Below, in pieces: positions 62,139 to 64,000 of a stretch of DNA of 64,000 nt. A program made the translations under genes and the position numbers. Within the stretch, counting starts at the first letter, position 1. Each line of letters begins with the position of its first letter. Source of the DNA: an uncultured Gammaproteobacteria bacterium (lineage in GTDB: Bacteria > Pseudomonadota > Gammaproteobacteria > Steroidobacterales > GCA-2729495); contig CAWKLL010000030.1 of the NCBI GenBank assembly GCA_963850255.1, forward strand, positions 1,958 to 65,957. The letters are read 5' to 3'. The notes under the pieces are model-generated. The model saw only the letters and a program-made list of their open reading frames with translations, did no database searches and had not been told where the DNA came from.

Positions 62139-62999
62139 ATGAAGATCGGTAACACCCGCATAGCTTTTGTAAGCGCACTACTGTGCCTGGCCGTGGCCGG
62201 CAACGCCCTGGCCGGCGCCCACCGCGGCGGGCCGAAACCCGAAGACATACTGCTGGACCCGAAGGTACGCACCGAGGTTACCGGCACAGTGCTGTTAACG
62301 GGCGCCAACCGCGGCATCGGCCTGGCGATGGCAAAGAACTACGCAGAGCGCGGCTGGAAGGTTATTGCTACCGCTCGAAAACCCGACAAAGCCGATGAGT
62401 TAAACGCCGCGGCCAAACAGTTTTCCAATATTTCCGTTGAGCGCCTCGACGTCAACGATCAGGCCCAGGTCGATGCCCTGGCGAAGAAGTACGAGGGTAC
62501 GGCCATCGACGTCCTGTTCAACAACGCCGCCATGCTCGGCGATCGCGACCGTCAGAATTTCGGCGACTATGATTTCGCACTGTTCCAGCAGGTGTTCATG
62601 ACCAACGTGGCCGGACCGCTGCGGGTAGCCGAGGCCTTTGCCGCGCATGTAGAGGCCAGCGATCAGAAGAAGATCGTCGCCATGACCAGCGTTCAGGGCT
62701 CACTGACACTGATTCGTATGGCCGCGATTCAGTTCTATAACGCCAGCAAGAGCGCGCTGAATATGTCCATGCGGGCCGTATCTACCGCCGTTAAAGAGCG
62801 CGGCATTACGGTGGTGCTGATTTCGCCCGGCGCCGTGGATACCGACATGATGGCGGAGTCCATGGGCGGCCGGAAATTTCCCGGCCGTCTGATTACACCG
62901 GCGCAAAGCGCCGAGGCGGTCATCAATGTCGTCGACCAGTATGGCTTCGAGATGAGCGGCACTTATATTTCGCACGAAGGTGCGAAGATCCCATGGTGA
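62139..62999 (+). CDS. SDR family oxidoreductase with N-terminal signal/anchor
   Basis: GAGGA RBS. MKIGNTRIAFVSALLCLAVAGNALAGA. TGANRGIG cofactor motif and YNASK catalytic motif. Confidence 0.8.
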   Translation: MKIGNTRIAFVSALLCLAVAGNALAGAHRGGPKPEDILLDPKVRTEVTGTVLLTGANRGIGLAMAKNYAERGWKVIATARKPDKADELNAAAKQFSNISVERLDVNDQAQVDALAKKYEGTAIDVLFNNAAMLGDRDRQNFGDYDFALFQQVFMTNVAGPLRVAEAFAAHVEASDQKKIVAMTSVQGSLTLIRMAAIQFYNASKSALNMSMRAVSTAVKERGITVVLISPGAVDTDMMAESMGGRKFPGRLITPAQSAEAVINVVDQYGFEMSGTYISHEGAKIPW

Positions 63000-63004
63000 A
63001 CGGC

Positions 63005-64000
63005 ATGAATCGGCGCAAATTCATCGCCGCAACGGCCGCCGGGGCGGCGGTCACTAGCCTGCCGGCCTGCGGTGGGCGCGAGCCGCCCGAGCGGCCTCCA
63101 GGCATCCCACTCAGCAACTTCGGCTTTGAATCGACAGCCGAAGACGTCACTGCCGGTCTGGATCTGTCCGGCATGACCGCACTGGTGACCGGCTCCAACT
63201 CCGGCATTGGTTACGAGACGGCGCGAGTACTGGCGCTGCGCGGTGCCCGCGTTATCTGCGCGGCGCGCACGATCGCGAAGGCAGCGGCTACCAGCGAGAG
63301 CATCGCCGGTGACACCACAACCTCGGCCTTCGACCTGGCGGACTTCGACAGCATAGTAGCCGCCGCCGAAAAGTTACGCGCGGCCGGAACGCCCATCGAC
63401 ATGCTGGTGCTTAATGCCGGCATTATGGAACTGCCCGAACTCGAGCAAGTGCGCGGCATCGAACGTCAGTTCACCGTCAATCACCTCGGCCATTTCATTC
63501 TGACTCACCAGCTACTCGAACTGGTGCAGGCTGCCCCGGCCGGACGCGTGGTGGTGGTGAGCAGCGGCCAGGCTACCCGCAATGCACCACCGGAAGGGAT
63601 TCAGTTCGACAACCTGTCCGGCGAGGCAGGCTACGAGCCCGGCCAGGCTTACGGCCAGTCAAAGCTGGCCAACGCCTTGTTCTCGCTGGAACTCGCCGAG
63701 CGGCTGGGCAACGGCTCGACCACTTCGAACGTGCTGCGGCCAGGGGTTATCCCGACCAACCTGGGCCGGCATATGCCGTTCTGGAAACCACTGTTGCTGA
63801 AGACGGTGGGTATGGCCTTTACCAAAACCATTCCGCAGGGCGCCGCCACTACCTGCTACGTGGCAGCCTCGCCAATCATTGCTGATGTGCGCGGTCAGTT
63901 TTTCGAAGACAGCAACCCGATTGTTGCCGGCGGATTTACCGAGGATCGAGAGATGGCCAAGCGGCTTTGGACGGTCAGCGAAGAACTGACAGCCGGCTAC
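63005..64000 (+). CDS. SDR family oxidoreductase (retinol-dehydrogenase/WWOX-like) with Tat-type signal; 3' end outside the window
   Basis: This ORF is not in the track because it has no stop before the window end. ATG 63005 gives MNRRKFIAATAAGAAVTSLPACGG, then TGSNSGIGYETA and YGQSKLAN. It is in frame through base 64000. Confidence 0.8.
   Translation, partial: MNRRKFIAATAAGAAVTSLPACGGREPPERPPGIPLSNFGFESTAEDVTAGLDLSGMTALVTGSNSGIGYETARVLALRGARVICAARTIAKAAATSESIAGDTTTSAFDLADFDSIVAAAEKLRAAGTPIDMLVLNAGIMELPELEQVRGIERQFTVNHLGHFILTHQLLELVQAAPAGRVVVVSSGQATRNAPPEGIQFDNLSGEAGYEPGQAYGQSKLANALFSLELAERLGNGSTTSNVLRPGVIPTNLGRHMPFWKPLLLKTVGMAFTKTIPQGAATTCYVAASPIIADVRGQFFEDSNPIVAGGFTEDREMAKRLWTVSEELTAGY

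Overview
This is a GC-rich chromosomal segment with strong GC3 bias. The gene repertoire fits a marine gammaproteobacterium, but that is inference only. I recognise about 57 protein-coding loci. I found no rRNA, tRNA, CRISPR, transposase, integrase or phage genes, and no recognisable defence or toxin-antitoxin module.

Main blocks:
- 1-8395 (-): a co-directional run of exported enzymes. It holds a nitrilase-family amidase, a beta-lactamase-like/DUF3089 fusion, a DUF1838 protein, an IorB-like molybdoenzyme subunit with no small-subunit gene, and an alpha/beta-hydrolase/FGE-domain fusion.
- 8783-20054 (+): a chained glycogen locus, malQ-glgC-glgA-glgB-glgP-glgX.
- 20229-22690 (+): two tandem LssY-C-like proteins.
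- 22737-35609: assorted exported hydrolases and DUF proteins, slyD, an aldehyde dehydrogenase, a methyltransferase with a coupled small ORF, and a TorF porin.
- 35685-42572: a TonB-dependent receptor lying divergent from a fibrillin-like/GPH-transporter/PEP-mutase-family operon, followed by a protein with a PEP-CTERM-like (VPxP) tail.
- 43405-64000: a cold-shock gene, OmpA/DUF4398, a CpcT-like/porin operon, recQ, SOUL, RidA, LLM oxidoreductase, Na/Pi transporter, MBL and DUF1295 genes, a radical SAM gene with a Cx4Cx2C motif, and a PNPOx-SDR-SDR operon.

The dominant feature the ORF track does not explain is a set of at least 25 single-base frame breaks in 13 genes. Most sit at short mononucleotide runs, so many track ORFs are fragments of one gene. 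This looks more like consensus indel error than gene decay, but I cannot settle that from sequence alone.

I did not find a clear-cut novel system. The best candidates for uncharacterised biology are the LssY-like pair, the receptor/fibrillin-like/transporter locus, the exported enzyme run with the orphan IorB, and several tightly coupled gene pairs of unknown function.
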